A stretch of 32,000 nt of DNA from an uncultured Chloroflexia bacterium (GCA_963704755.1 OY969938.1:4080001-4112000); one strand, 5' to 3'; shown: positions 1 through 9,407, counted from the stretch's first letter. The notes: a model not told the origin generated them from the letters alone. Numbers and translations: made by a program.

Positions 1-2
1 CT

Positions 3-911
3 CGCAGTAACGCCGGCTGGCCTAATCAACAGCCGCAGCCGGTCAAAGTAGGGTTTGGGCCGCACCCGATTGCGGTACCCAAGCCGCCTAAAAAGCGCCG
101 GGGCGGGGGTTGCCTGCTCACCTTTTTGATTGCCCTCGTCGCGCTGCTGGCGGTGTATTTCCTGGCGCCAGTGCGCACCAACGTGCTCCTGCTGGGCATC
201 GACCGTGCCCCTGACGGCAGCTATACCGGGCGCAGCGACACCAATATTTTAATCAGTGTGATCCCGCTCAAGCCGACCGTCAATATGCTCTCCATCCCGC
301 GCGACCTGTGGGTGACCATCCCCGGGGTGGGCGAGCAGCGCATCAATACGGCCAATTTCTTCGCCGAAGCGCAAAATCCCGGCTCAGGGCCACAGGCGGT
401 CATGGATACCATTAAACAGAACTTCGGTGTGGACGTGCACTATTACGCCCGCGTGCGCTTCGACAGCTTTATGGATATTGTCGACGCGATGGGTGGGGTT
501 ACCATCCACCTGAGTGAGCCCACGGCCGGCTATGACGCCGGCACCTACACACTCGACAGCACCCAGGCGCTGGCTTTTGCGCGCAATCGTACCGGCACCG
601 ACGACTTCTTCCGCATGGCCCAGGGGCAGATCCTGCTCAAGGCGGCCATATCGCAGTTACTCTCACCGGCCTCCTGGCCGAAACTGCCAGCGGTGTTCAG
701 CGCCTTGATGAAAGCCGTGGATACCAACATCCCGGCCTGGCAGTGGCCGCGATTGGGCCTGGCCCTGCTGCGGGCCGGTCCGAATGGCATCAACAACCGC
801 ACGCTGGATCGCGAAATGGTCACATCCTGGACCACCAACGAAGGCGCGCAGGTGCTGCTGCCTAACTGGGACGCGATCAACCCGGTGTTAAAAGAGATGT
901 TTGGGCAATAA
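3..911 (+). CDS. LytR-CpsA-Psr (LCP) family protein, 5'-partial (frame open to window edge)
   Basis: The frame is open from nt 3 with no ATG/GTG before the TTG at 126, and that TTG would cut the predicted TM helix (CLLTFLIALVALLAVYFLA). LCP hallmarks present: LLLGIDRAPD, RSDTNILISV, LSIPRDLWV, QRINTANFF, TQALAFARNR. Confidence 0.85.
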   Translation, partial: RSNAGWPNQQPQPVKVGFGPHPIAVPKPPKKRRGGGCLLTFLIALVALLAVYFLAPVRTNVLLLGIDRAPDGSYTGRSDTNILISVIPLKPTVNMLSIPRDLWVTIPGVGEQRINTANFFAEAQNPGSGPQAVMDTIKQNFGVDVHYYARVRFDSFMDIVDAMGGVTIHLSEPTAGYDAGTYTLDSTQALAFARNRTGTDDFFRMAQGQILLKAAISQLLSPASWPKLPAVFSALMKAVDTNIPAWQWPRLGLALLRAGPNGINNRTLDREMVTSWTTNEGAQVLLPNWDAINPVLKEMFGQ

Positions 912-1059
912 AGATCACTTATTCCGGATAACAACCTTATATTACCCGGTGAGCCTTACCCGCCGAAAAATTTATCTCCAGCGTGTTTTTGGATTATAAG
1001 GCTAGAAAAGGGGTCGTCCAAAAAGGATCTCCCCGCATAAATGAACCTCCATATATGGC

Positions 1060-1100
1060 GTCGGGGCAGGTCATTCGACCTGCCCCGACGGTTCGTTTTG
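1060..1100 (+). terminator. Intrinsic-terminator-like hairpin downstream of the LCP gene
   Basis: Perfect 13-bp stem GTCGGGGCAGGTC (1060-1072) / GACCTGCCCCGAC (1077-1089), loop ATTC, followed by GGTTCGTTTTGGG. Confidence 0.55.
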
Positions 1101-1163
1101 GGAATAGGATCCCTTTTGAGACAACCCCTTGGGTAAATGATTTAAAGGTGAATACTGCGGGGG

Positions 1164-1661
1164 TTAGCGGATTTCTTGCATGCTTTCAGCGATGGCGAAG
1201 AACGCTTCTTTTTCCAACTCCCCGGGCTGGTAGAGGTTAAGGCCGTAACCGATGCCATTCTCGTCCCAATACAGTTCCTGGCGGCAGTCGGTACCTCCCG
1301 TCACAGCGTCCCAGCACATCTTGCGATATACACCGGTCTGGCCGTTGACCGTGACATATTCGAAGCCACCCCAGGCATACACTTCGTCCAGGCTGCGCAG
1401 TGCGCCGCTTACCTGGCTGAAGACGAAGTTGTAGTCGATGCCACCGCGTACAGGTTTTCCTACTGGAGTGTATATCAGTGCGACCGCTTCGGCCGGGTTG
1501 CCCGGTTCCCCAGCGGCGCGGTCCATTTGGACGGCGCCTTGCTGGTACACGGCGTGCTCAAACTGGCTCCCGACTATCATTTGGGTAGGCGCTTTCAAGC
1601 TGAAGCCTGCCAGGGTGCTGGCGTCTTCCAGGGTCTCGAATCTTTCGCGGGTCGATTTCAT
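1164..1661 (-). CDS. DUF4367-like module protein (third module after the anti-sigma gene), hypothetical
   Basis: 165-aa ORF from ATG 1661. It begins ..FETLEDASTLAGFSLKAP and ends ..LEKEAFFAIAESM, the same start and end signatures as the C-terminal domain of the upstream anti-sigma protein. No signal peptide or clear SD. It may be the 3' part of a longer frameshifted gene. Confidence 0.55.
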   Translation of the reverse strand: MKSTRERFETLEDASTLAGFSLKAPTQMIVGSQFEHAVYQQGAVQMDRAAGEPGNPAEAVALIYTPVGKPVRGGIDYNFVFSQVSGALRSLDEVYAWGGFEYVTVNGQTGVYRKMCWDAVTGGTDCRQELYWDENGIGYGLNLYQPGELEKEAFFAIAESMQEIR

Positions 1662-2203
1662 CGTCCGGAAGTGTGGCTACACCGGTCAAGTTCTCGGCCA
1701 GGTGTTGCATTTCGAGGCGGCTGATAAAGACACCGCCCTGCATCTGGTCCAGCATTCCAAAGATGACGTAATCCATGCCGCCAGACTGCCAGTAAAGGGC
1801 CTGGTTGGCGCTAAGGTCCTTCTGCGGGCACAGGTTGCCGGCGTTGACCCCATTGGTGATCAGCGTGCCTTGCCCGCCATCTGCGCCGCCGACTTCCACG
1901 GTCTCAGGAACGATAGGCAGGGTGATGATTTTACCGTCGCCAATATCCACCGTGGAGATGGTGATGTCGTTCAGGTCCAGCGGTCCAGCGGCCGGACGCT
2001 CTGCTATCGCCAGCACGGGCAAATTGCCCTGCCCGTAATTGAAGTACAGGCAGGCTGTGTTTTGTTCGGAGGTATATTCTGCACCGAGGTAGGTATATTT
2101 AGCCCGGCAGCCAGCCTGGCTGGATAACTGTGAAGCCTGCCTGCGCCGAAAGCGCTTCGATTTCCAGCGGCTGTAGGCGCTCGTTGCCGGAGTGGTCATC
2201 CAC
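1558..2203 (-). pseudogene. Frameshifted DUF4367-like module (second module)
   Basis: The domain start VDDHSGNERLQPLEIEALSAQAGFTVIQPGWLPG is encoded from GTG 2203 to TAA 2101-2099. The domain continues (KYTYLGAEYTSEQ...ISRLEMQHLAENL) in the +1 frame of ORF 1558-2316. That frame then runs about 100 nt into the next ORF with an Arg/Pro-rich, out-of-frame-looking tail. Confidence 0.45.
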
Positions 2204-3023
2204 GCCGGTCGATCAATTGTCCGGCCAGGTACAACATGTCTGCCTTGTCGAGCTTGCTGCCGATATCTTTGCCGGCGCGGAAGACCATGGTGTAAAGGAC
2301 GGAGCCGGCTTGCCAACGCAGGGTCTGCACAAATGGATCGGCCGTCCAGGCGATGCCCTTGCCAGTATCGATAGAGAGCCAGCTGCCCTGGACGTATTCG
2401 CCTTCAACGCCATCGATCGATACCGTTTCTACATCGGCGCTGGCAGCCACTTGCCGGACCGCTTCGCTGCCTTCGCCGGCTGGTTCCTGGGTGATGGTCA
2501 GCGCTCCGTTGACGCTTTCACTTGTGTAGACCAGCATGACTTGCTCCGGCCCGCCGGTAGCGCCCGCAAAGGTGAGGCCGTCGACTGTGTTGACTAACCC
2601 GCTGATCGGGAAAGTCGTCATTGCGCGAATTTCGTCCAGCCCGCAGCGAGCGTGCAAAATGTCGCCGCAGGTTTCCTCGAAGGGCAAGCGCGTCCCAAGG
2701 GCCGGGTTGGCGCTATCATCGCCAGTTGCGCCGGGCGTAGGGACCATGGAAACCAGGGTCGGTACGGGGCGTGTGTCGCCTTCGGTGCGGACAAAGAATT
2801 GCAATATGCTCTGCGCAAAGGCATGCCCTTGGGGTGTAGAAGCGATAAACAGGACGACGGCCAGGAAGGCACACACCGCAGCCGTGTTGATGAGTAGATG
2901 GTGGGTAACCATTCGCGGTGTCCACGGGGCGTGGGCCAAGCGGCGCTCGAGCCGCCCGTTTGGTTCGGGTGCAAGGTTTGTGAGCATTTCTTCGATCTGT
3001 TTTTCATCAGGAATGGGTTTCAT
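2196..3023 (-). CDS. Anti-sigma-factor-like membrane protein with C-terminal DUF4367-like domain
   Basis: ATG 3023 is preceded by GGAG (GGAGATTCCCTATG) and overlaps the sigma gene end by 17 nt. One TM helix (LLINTAAVCAFLAVVLFIA). Extracytoplasmic domain ends ..LRWQAGSVLYTMVF..KLDKADMLYLAGQL. The position directly downstream of an ECF sigma gene supports the call. Confidence 0.75.
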   Translation of the reverse strand: MKPIPDEKQIEEMLTNLAPEPNGRLERRLAHAPWTPRMVTHHLLINTAAVCAFLAVVLFIASTPQGHAFAQSILQFFVRTEGDTRPVPTLVSMVPTPGATGDDSANPALGTRLPFEETCGDILHARCGLDEIRAMTTFPISGLVNTVDGLTFAGATGGPEQVMLVYTSESVNGALTITQEPAGEGSEAVRQVAASADVETVSIDGVEGEYVQGSWLSIDTGKGIAWTADPFVQTLRWQAGSVLYTMVFRAGKDIGSKLDKADMLYLAGQLIDRRG

Positions 3024-3594
3024 AGGGAATCTCCTCTTGGGAAAAGACCGCGGGCTGGCAGTCAAATTCGGCGGCCAACCATTGTTCCTTCATCCGGGAA
3101 AGCGTCCGGTGAATAGTGACAGAAACGTTGTTTTCCGTCATGCCAAGGTGATCGGCAATCTCATTCACCCGCCAGCCTAGCGTGTAGCGTAGGATGAGCA
3201 TTTCACGCTGCCCATCCGGCAAACTGGCCAACTGGTCGAGCAGAAAGAGCTTTTGCTCTTGGGCGATTGCTGCCTGTTCGGGCAATGCTCCTGCCGGGAA
3301 CTCATCCGGTTGAATGCGGGATGCCTGAAGCGTGTGGCGGTATTCGTCGATGACCAGGCGCTTGGCGATACGGATCAACCAGCCGGTGGCCGAATTTGCC
3401 GTTCCCTCGAAGCGGTGCCTGGCTTTCCAGGCGCGCATGAAGGTCTCCGCTGCCAGGTCTTCGACGATATCCTGCGGGCCGCCGGTAAGGCCGTAGATGT
3501 ACCGAAAAACCGGGAGGCGGTTGCGCTCATACAGGTCGCTAAAACTTGCCGGAGTGGTAATTGGGGATTTAGGGTGTCGCTGGAAAAGGTTCAT
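3007..3594 (-). CDS. ECF-type RNA polymerase sigma-70 family factor
   Basis: Region 2 (DIVEDLAAETFMRAWKARHRF, WLIRIAKRLVIDEYR) and region 4 HTH (LPDGQREMLILRYTLGWRVNEIADHLGMTENNVSVTIHRTLSRMKE). GGAG lies upstream of ATG 3594. Confidence 0.9.
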   Translation of the reverse strand: MNLFQRHPKSPITTPASFSDLYERNRLPVFRYIYGLTGGPQDIVEDLAAETFMRAWKARHRFEGTANSATGWLIRIAKRLVIDEYRHTLQASRIQPDEFPAGALPEQAAIAQEQKLFLLDQLASLPDGQREMLILRYTLGWRVNEIADHLGMTENNVSVTIHRTLSRMKEQWLAAEFDCQPAVFSQEEIPYETHS

Positions 3595-3845
3595 AGAGTC
3601 TCCAAAATTGCGCGCGCGTGCTACTATGAAAACGGGCGAAACCGGAAAATCTTACAGTTAATTGTATATTGGTATGTTGGCTGAGGGGCCGGTCTTTCAG
3701 TACAGGACTTATACAGGTAAAGAGGGTTGATTGATGCTATAACAAATTACCTGCATTTCCTTGGCGGGCAACAACCTACTGCCTCGAGCAGGCTATGAGC
3801 GCTTGTTGTCTTTATAGTCGTAATCTACCTCACCCCGAATTCGTA

Positions 3846-3890
3846 TTAAAAACCAAGCCGCCGGAGGTTTTTTCCTCCGGCGGCTTGGTT
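3846..3890 (-). terminator. Intrinsic terminator of the PIG-L gene
   Basis: Perfect 17-bp stem AACCAAGCCGCCGGAGG (3851-3867) / CCTCCGGCGGCTTGGTT (3874-3890) with loop TTTTTT. On the minus strand the hairpin is followed by TTTTTAATA. It lies 23 nt after the stop at 3913. Confidence 0.8.
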
Positions 3891-3912
3891 ATCCTTATGG
3901 ATTATTTCCCGC

Positions 3913-4665
3913 TCAAGCCTCGACTTCGCCGTGGTGCTTTTCCCAGTATTCGTCGTTTTCCAGGGTGACCACCCGGAAGCTTTCGGCGTAGGCCATTTCT
4001 TTGCCCTTGGCGACCTCGGCGGATCGCTTCTTGATCTCTTCAGCCGGGTCCCAGCCGTTCATCTGGCTGGTATGGGCCTTGAGCGCCTCGACTTTGACGT
4101 CGATGGTGTCGGTGATATCGATGAAGAGGTCGCCGCGGTCCCAACTGGTGACGTAAACTTTGCGCGGTTTGAAGGCTTTCAGGCCTTCGTCGGCCAGTTC
4201 CTCGAACAGGTTGGGCTGGCCTGAAGCCGGGAAGACGGCGTCGATGGCGGCCGTAGCAGCCGCGCGATGGTCGGGGTGGTTGATGTAATCCGCGCTGGCC
4301 AGGACGACCGTTGGGTCACTGGTGACGACGACCTCGGGCTTGAACCGGCGGATTTCACGCACCAATTTCTTGCGCAGTTCCAGGGTGGGCTGGAGCAGGC
4401 CGTCTCGCTCGTGTAAAAAGATGATCTCACGCGCGCCGGCGATTTCGGCGGCAGCGCGTGCTTCCGCTTCGCGGATTTCGGCCGCTTTGGCGCGGGTCAT
4501 GCCGGGTTCGGCGATGCCCACGTCACCGCTGGTGCATAAAACGTAGCTGATCCGCGCGCCTTCACGCGCCCAACGCGCCATCGTGCCGGCGCAGGAAAAT
4601 TCGATATCGTCCGGGTGCGCGACGATGGCCATAGCACTTTCAGGAATGTAAAATGGTCGCGACAT
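3913..4665 (-). CDS. PIG-L / LmbE family N-acetylglucosaminyl deacetylase
   Basis: Motifs [11 protein letters not shown] and [12 protein letters not shown] 4665 is preceded by GGAGAAATAATC, so I prefer it over the ORF-track start at 4704. Confidence 0.85.
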   Translation of the reverse strand: MSRPFYIPESAMAIVAHPDDIEFSCAGTMARWAREGARISYVLCTSGDVGIAEPGMTRAKAAEIREAEARAAAEIAGAREIIFLHERDGLLQPTLELRKKLVREIRRFKPEVVVTSDPTVVLASADYINHPDHRAAATAAIDAVFPASGQPNLFEELADEGLKAFKPRKVYVTSWDRGDLFIDITDTIDVKVEALKAHTSQMNGWDPAEEIKKRSAEVAKGKEMAYAESFRVVTLENDEYWEKHHGEVEA

Positions 4666-4696
4666 GATTATTTCTCCAATTAAATAATGATCTCCG

Positions 4697-4800
4697 CTAA
4701 CCACTCAGGTTCGGGAGGGGTATGTTGGATGATTTTCGCGGGTTTCGCTTGCGAAAATCATCCAACATACCCTTTTTCTTAGGGATAGCTGAGTGGTTAC
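4697..4800. mobile_element. MITE-like nested-palindrome element, copy a (104 bp)
   Basis: Termini CTAACCACTCAGG / GCTGAGTGGTTAC. Central 21-bp perfect stem 4719-4739 / 4751-4771. Flanking 8-mers GATCTCCG (4689-4696) and GGTCTCCG (4801-4808) match 7/8. Confidence 0.8.
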
Positions 4801-4867
4801 GGTCTCCGTATTGTAAGCCTCACAACACGAAAAATCAAAAAATATTTCCCCGTGGATAATTAATGGT

Positions 4868-4981
4868 TTGACAGCTCAACCCAACGATTGAGAATCCCGT
4901 AATTGCGGTATTTACGTAGACTTCGCGTCCGCAAATACCCCCTAATTTCGGGTACTTATTAAAGTGATCCTGAGCAGTTAT
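4868..4981. mobile_element. Probable degenerate copy of the same element (a2)
   Basis: Right arm CCTGAGCAGTTAT (4969-4981) matches the family right arm 10/13. Left arm TTGACAGCTCAACC matches weakly. There is an imperfect inner palindrome CCCGTAATTGCGGTATTT .. AAATACCCCCTAATTTCGGG whose centre carries CTTCGCG. No recognisable TSD. Confidence 0.35.
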
Positions 4982-4994
4982 TTGGAAGAAAAAA

Positions 4995-6668
4995 TTATTG
5001 AAACAGCAGCCCGGCGATGGCCAGGATCAGCGCCACGATGCCGAATCCACCGGCTATCCAGAGCTGGTTCATTTGGAAAGATTGAACGGCAGCGAACAAG
5101 AAGGCCGCAAAGAAAATCGCCGTACCCAGGCGATGCGTGCTGCGCTCCAGGCGGGTGACCTGCGATTGTAGCTCCGGCATACGCACTTCCAGCCGGCCTC
5201 GTTCCAACTTGGAAAGCAGCGCTTCGGTGCGACGGGGCAGGCTGATCAATGCCTGGACGAACTTTCCAATGGAGGAAAGCGCTTTTTCGACCACCGGCCC
5301 GGCCTGGTCGGCTACCAGCTTACGGGCGTAAGGCACGATGCTCTGCCAGACGTTGAAATTCGGGTCCAGCCCGGTACAAATGCCGTTGAGGATGCTCAGA
5401 CAGCGACCCAGCAGAATGATATTGTCCGGCAACTGGAAGGGCATGTCGTAGAGCAGCCCGCGGAACTCGCCCACAAAGGCGGCCGCCTCGCGGGTGGAAA
5501 TGTTCATCAATTCGGGAGTGGTCTTGCCCCAGAAACGATCGAAGGCGGCCTGGTTGGCTTTGCGCAGCAGGTCCACGTCGGCGGTGGGAAGCAGCATCCC
5601 CATGGTCTGGTAGGCCTGGATGAGCTGGTCGGCGTCCTGGTTGGCCACCGCGATCAATCCCTGGCGCAGCCCGTCCAGCATGTTGGGGGTGATTTCACCG
5701 GCCATACCGAAATCGACGAAGACCAGTTTCCATCTGGCGGCCTGCCCATTCTCGTCCAGGTCTTCTGGCAGGACGAAAAGATTACCCGGATGCGGGTCGG
5801 CGTGGAAAAAATGGTCTTCGAATATTTGCTTGAGATAGACATCCAGCAGCCGCGAGGCCACTTCGGCCCGATCGATGCCATACGCCTCGATGGTAGCGTA
5901 GTCGGTAATCTTGATGGCCCGGATTTCTTCCAAAGTGAGCACGTGGCGGGTCGTGTGGCCCCAATATACGGCCGGTACGCGCACGCGGGGTTCATCGGCA
6001 AAGTTGGCGGCAAACGTCTCGGCGTTCTTCCCTTCATGGAGGTAATCCACTTCTTCCCACAGCGATCGGCTGAACTCGTTGAGCAACCCCTGCACGTTGA
6101 CGCGTTTGCGGATGGGCCGGTATAACTCCACCCAGCGGCTGACCACTTTTAGCGCGGCCAGGTCGGTCCGGATCAGCATTTCGATATCCGGGCGCTGTAC
6201 CTTGACCACTACTTCGCCCGGCCTTTCCACAAGCGGATCATCGTCACCGGCCGGGTCGAACAAATGAGCACGGTGGACCTGGCCAATGGACGCGGCGGCG
6301 ATGGGCTGAATTTCGAAGCCGGTAAAGTGCGTCTCGACCGGCCCGCCGAATTCCTGTTCGACCACTTTGCGAATATCGGCGAACAACTCCGGGCGAACTT
6401 CGTCTTGCAGACCGGAGAGCTCATCGGTAATTGCCTGGGGCAGCACGTCCAGGCGCGAGGAAAGCCATTGGCCGACCTTGATGAGCACACCCCCCAACTG
6501 AATGGCCAGCTCGCGGTAATTGGCAGCGACCCGGCGTAAGCGGTTCTCGCGGGTTCTTTTGGAGAGGCGCTGCAACCCGATGTGGGGCAAGAGAATATCC
6601 CACCAGGCCAGATGGATCAACACCCCGGCAAAAAACGTGATTATGCGTCGATAGCGGCTGCGTAACAT
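4995..6668 (-). CDS. ABC1/UbiB (AarF) family atypical protein kinase
   Basis: 557 aa. ABC1 signature LGGVLIKVGQWLSSRLDVLPQAITDELSGLQDEV, IAAASIGQVHRA, HADPHPGNLFV, DFGM. Two C-terminal TM helices. Confidence 0.9.
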   Translation of the reverse strand: MLRSRYRRIITFFAGVLIHLAWWDILLPHIGLQRLSKRTRENRLRRVAANYRELAIQLGGVLIKVGQWLSSRLDVLPQAITDELSGLQDEVRPELFADIRKVVEQEFGGPVETHFTGFEIQPIAAASIGQVHRAHLFDPAGDDDPLVERPGEVVVKVQRPDIEMLIRTDLAALKVVSRWVELYRPIRKRVNVQGLLNEFSRSLWEEVDYLHEGKNAETFAANFADEPRVRVPAVYWGHTTRHVLTLEEIRAIKITDYATIEAYGIDRAEVASRLLDVYLKQIFEDHFFHADPHPGNLFVLPEDLDENGQAARWKLVFVDFGMAGEITPNMLDGLRQGLIAVANQDADQLIQAYQTMGMLLPTADVDLLRKANQAAFDRFWGKTTPELMNISTREAAAFVGEFRGLLYDMPFQLPDNIILLGRCLSILNGICTGLDPNFNVWQSIVPYARKLVADQAGPVVEKALSSIGKFVQALISLPRRTEALLSKLERGRLEVRMPELQSQVTRLERSTHRLGTAIFFAAFLFAAVQSFQMNQLWIAGGFGIVALILAIAGLLFQ

Positions 6669-6749
6669 AATGAAACCAAGGCGTATTATATCATCCGCAC
6701 CGGGAGTATAATTTGTGCCTACCCAATCTTACAATTTTTTGAGAATTTT

Positions 6750-8096
6750 ATGTCTGTAAAAAAGAATATCGATAATATAACCACGGCTCCAACCGTGGGC
6801 AAGATATCACGCGTCCCCAATACTTTTCGCGCTTTACGGCACCCCAATTATCGTTTATGGTTTGGCGGCCAGACCGTGTCACTGGTGGGATCCTGGATGC
6901 AAACCATGGCCCAGCAAGTGCTGGTCTATGACCTGACCGGGTCGGCGGTGGCCTTGGGGATCGTCAATTTTGTCTATCTCATTCCGGTGATCCCGTTTTC
7001 ATTCTGGGGCGGCTCGATTGCCGACCGGTTCGACAAGCGCAAGGTCATTATTTTTACCCAGATCTGTTTTTCCATTCAGGCCTTAATTATGTGGGCGCTG
7101 ACGGCCACCGGCGTGGTGCAGGTCTGGCATGTTTATCTGCTTTCGTTTATGTTCGGCGTCATCGATGCGATCGACCTGCCGGTGCGCCAGGCATTTACCG
7201 TCGATATGGTCGAGGGCAAAGACGACTTAACCAATGCAATCGGCCTGAACTCGGCCATGTTCAACACGGCCCGGGTGGTGGGGCCGGCTCTGGCCGGGAT
7301 GGTGGTTGCGACGACCGGCGAAGCTAACGCCTTCCTGTGGAACTCGATCACCTTTGCGGCAGTGATCATCAGCCTGTTCTTCATGCGCAACCTGCCCAAG
7401 TCCTCGCACCAGCTTACCGAGAAAGGCCATGCGATTAAGCACATGTCGGAAGGGATGCACTTTGTCCTTTCGAACCGCACCATCACGGTGTTGATCAGCC
7501 TGGTCGCGGTTAGCGCATTTTTGTCGATGCCTTATAACACCCTCATGCCGGTCTTCGCCGAAAACATCCTCAACGGCAGTGCGACCCCGGTGATCAATTT
7601 CTTCTGCCGCTCGGGGAGCGGCATGCTCACCTGCCAGTCCCCGGAGGCGCTGCCCCTGGGCATTCTGCTGGCTGCGGTAGGGATCGGGGCGGTGATTTCG
7701 GCCCTGGTGGTGGCCTCGATGGACGAATCGGCCAGACGCGGGCGGATGCTGACTGTTGGCAATATCCTTTTCCCGGTGGTGTTGATCTTCTTTGCCTGGT
7801 CGAAATCTTTTGTTTTCTCGACCCTCGCGATGGTAGTGGTGGGCTTCAGCTTTGTGATGCAGAACGCCCTGGCCAACACCTTGCTGCAAATCGTCGCACC
7901 GGACGAGCTGCGCGGCCGGATCATGAGCTTTTATACCATGACCTTCCAGGTGACCATGCGCATGGGCGGCTTGCAGGCCGGCTACGTGGCCGACTGGCTA
8001 GGCGCTCCAATTTCGGTGGGGGTGGGGGCGATCGTATCGTTGTTCTACGGCGTTTTCGTCGCTTTCCGCTATCCCAAGGTGCGGAACCTAAAGTAA
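6750..8096 (+). CDS. MFS transporter (EntS / transmembrane-secretion-effector-like)
   Basis: 448 aa and highly hydrophobic, with about 12 predicted TM segments. N-terminal FRALRHPNYRLWFGGQTVSLVGSWMQ and loop GGSIADRFDKRKV are typical of this MFS subgroup. Confidence 0.85.
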   Translation: MSVKKNIDNITTAPTVGKISRVPNTFRALRHPNYRLWFGGQTVSLVGSWMQTMAQQVLVYDLTGSAVALGIVNFVYLIPVIPFSFWGGSIADRFDKRKVIIFTQICFSIQALIMWALTATGVVQVWHVYLLSFMFGVIDAIDLPVRQAFTVDMVEGKDDLTNAIGLNSAMFNTARVVGPALAGMVVATTGEANAFLWNSITFAAVIISLFFMRNLPKSSHQLTEKGHAIKHMSEGMHFVLSNRTITVLISLVAVSAFLSMPYNTLMPVFAENILNGSATPVINFFCRSGSGMLTCQSPEALPLGILLAAVGIGAVISALVVASMDESARRGRMLTVGNILFPVVLIFFAWSKSFVFSTLAMVVVGFSFVMQNALANTLLQIVAPDELRGRIMSFYTMTFQVTMRMGGLQAGYVADWLGAPISVGVGAIVSLFYGVFVAFRYPKVRNLK

Positions 8097-8102
8097 AAGA
8101 TC

Positions 8103-8213
8103 GTTGCTACTCAGGCCCATTCGGAAATCAGGGGTGTTTTTATTATTTTTCGCGTGCGAAGTACACGAAAAATAATAAAAACACCCCTCTTTTTGCGGTA
8201 GCTGAGTAGTTGC
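8103..8213. mobile_element. MITE-like nested-palindrome element, copy b (111 bp)
   Basis: Termini GTTGCTACTCAGG / GCTGAGTAGTTGC. Central stem 8131-8156 / 8164-8187. Perfect 8-bp direct repeats AAAAGATC at 8095-8102 and 8214-8221. The left TSD overlaps the MFS stop codon (8094-8096). Confidence 0.9.
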
Positions 8214-8440
8214 AAAAGATCTATATTTCCATTAGCATCGAACGTAGCGATGCCAGAAGGATCCTGATATTATTTGCCGGATCCACTGCCTACCGGATGA
8301 CCCTCCAGGCGTATTTAAGGTACGCATAACGCCCCTCTGAAACAGGCAATATGTCCATACAAAACCGGGCTAGCGGCTGTATCTTCTGCTAAAAAGAGCC
8401 CCTTGCAGGAACGGATTTTCGCTACCTGGTGTCCCACTAA

Positions 8441-9388
8441 CTAATTGTTTCGATATAGTTCAAGTGTATTTGTCAGGTTTTCGACGAGCAATTTTCTTAA
8501 TTCCTGTGGTTCAAGGATTTCGGCCTCATGGCCGAAAGTTGCAATTAAGGATGCGATATAAGGATATTCACGTTTAGAAATCTTCTGGTGTAAAATGCCG
8601 ATATTTTTATCTTCCCAAACAATTCCTGAAAACTGAAAAAAGGTGTTTGGAAAATCTCGGACTGCTTTTCGGCTGATCCGTAACACGAGCTCTACAAAAT
8701 CTTCGGCAGATAGGTCACTCCTATGTTCCAACCATTGGGCCATCGTTAGGAACTCGATATTGCTAATCTCTCCCTCTTGAAGACTCAATACCCTGTCCAC
8801 CCTGAAAAGATAAATGCGTTCATGTTCCAAGTCATAGGCAGGAAAATACCAATATCCGTTTTCGGAATATATCCCAAGGGGGATGGCTCTTTTGTTTTTA
8901 TTGCGATCCAAAGAATCATAACGGAATAATAATATCTGTTTTGCTATGGAAGCTCGAAAAACGGATTTAAGATAAGGGCTTTTTTCTGCTCGGCGAGGAA
9001 CCTTCATGAGTATATGTTCATGAAAGCTATTTAATTTTTCCTTTAGAGGATTAGAAACCCGGGCCAAGAGTTTATTGATTACTTCGTCAATTTCGGCTTC
9101 ATAAGGTATTTCTTGATATTGCTTCAGCGATTCATAAGTGAAAATAATCGAGGCTGTTTCTTCCTCATTAAAAGAAATAGGCGGAAGCATTTCACCATGA
9201 ATCATGCTATATCCACCATTTCTCCCAACTTCTGAGTAAAAAGGGACACCCAAAGCGCTAAGGTCCAACAGGTCCCTTTGAATCGTGCGTAGGCTGACAC
9301 CAAAATCATTGGCCAACTCCTTCGCTGTAAAAAAATTCTTTCGATTGATATATAACCAGATATCAATCAACCGGTTCATTTTAGACAT
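8441..9388 (-). CDS. YafY-type transcriptional regulator (HTH + WYL domain)
   Basis: N-terminal HTH FTAKELANDFGVSLRTIQRDLLDLSALGVPFYSEVGRNGGY. Central WYL-like region ...PLGIYSENGYWYFPAYD..RIYLFRVDRV. The start is taken at ATG 9388 (MSKMNRLID), inside the longer ORF. Confidence 0.85.
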   Translation of the reverse strand: MSKMNRLIDIWLYINRKNFFTAKELANDFGVSLRTIQRDLLDLSALGVPFYSEVGRNGGYSMIHGEMLPPISFNEEETASIIFTYESLKQYQEIPYEAEIDEVINKLLARVSNPLKEKLNSFHEHILMKVPRRAEKSPYLKSVFRASIAKQILLFRYDSLDRNKNKRAIPLGIYSENGYWYFPAYDLEHERIYLFRVDRVLSLQEGEISNIEFLTMAQWLEHRSDLSAEDFVELVLRISRKAVRDFPNTFFQFSGIVWEDKNIGILHQKISKREYPYIASLIATFGHEAEILEPQELRKLLVENLTNTLELYRNN

Positions 9389-9407
9389 AATTGAATCCCT
9401 TCGTAAT

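Noticed and set aside
983-1240. Small ORFs in intergenic DNA (983-1240 +, 30937-31134 -, 23286-23477 -)
   Set aside because: They have no SD and no recognisable motifs. They overlap terminator or leader structures or neighbouring genes, and their composition looks like non-coding sequence.
2099-2110. Programmed +1 ribosomal frameshift at GGC-TAA-A in the second DUF4367-like module
   Set aside because: There is no slippery P-site codon (GGC cannot re-pair in the +1 frame as GCU) and no upstream SD-like stimulator of the prfB type. A mutation or an assembly indel is the simpler explanation.
4868-4896. TTGACA-16-GAGAAT as a plus-strand promoter
   Set aside because: It points into the 3' end of a minus-strand gene with no plus-strand target. 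The TTGACA is better explained as part of the degenerate left arm of a MITE copy.
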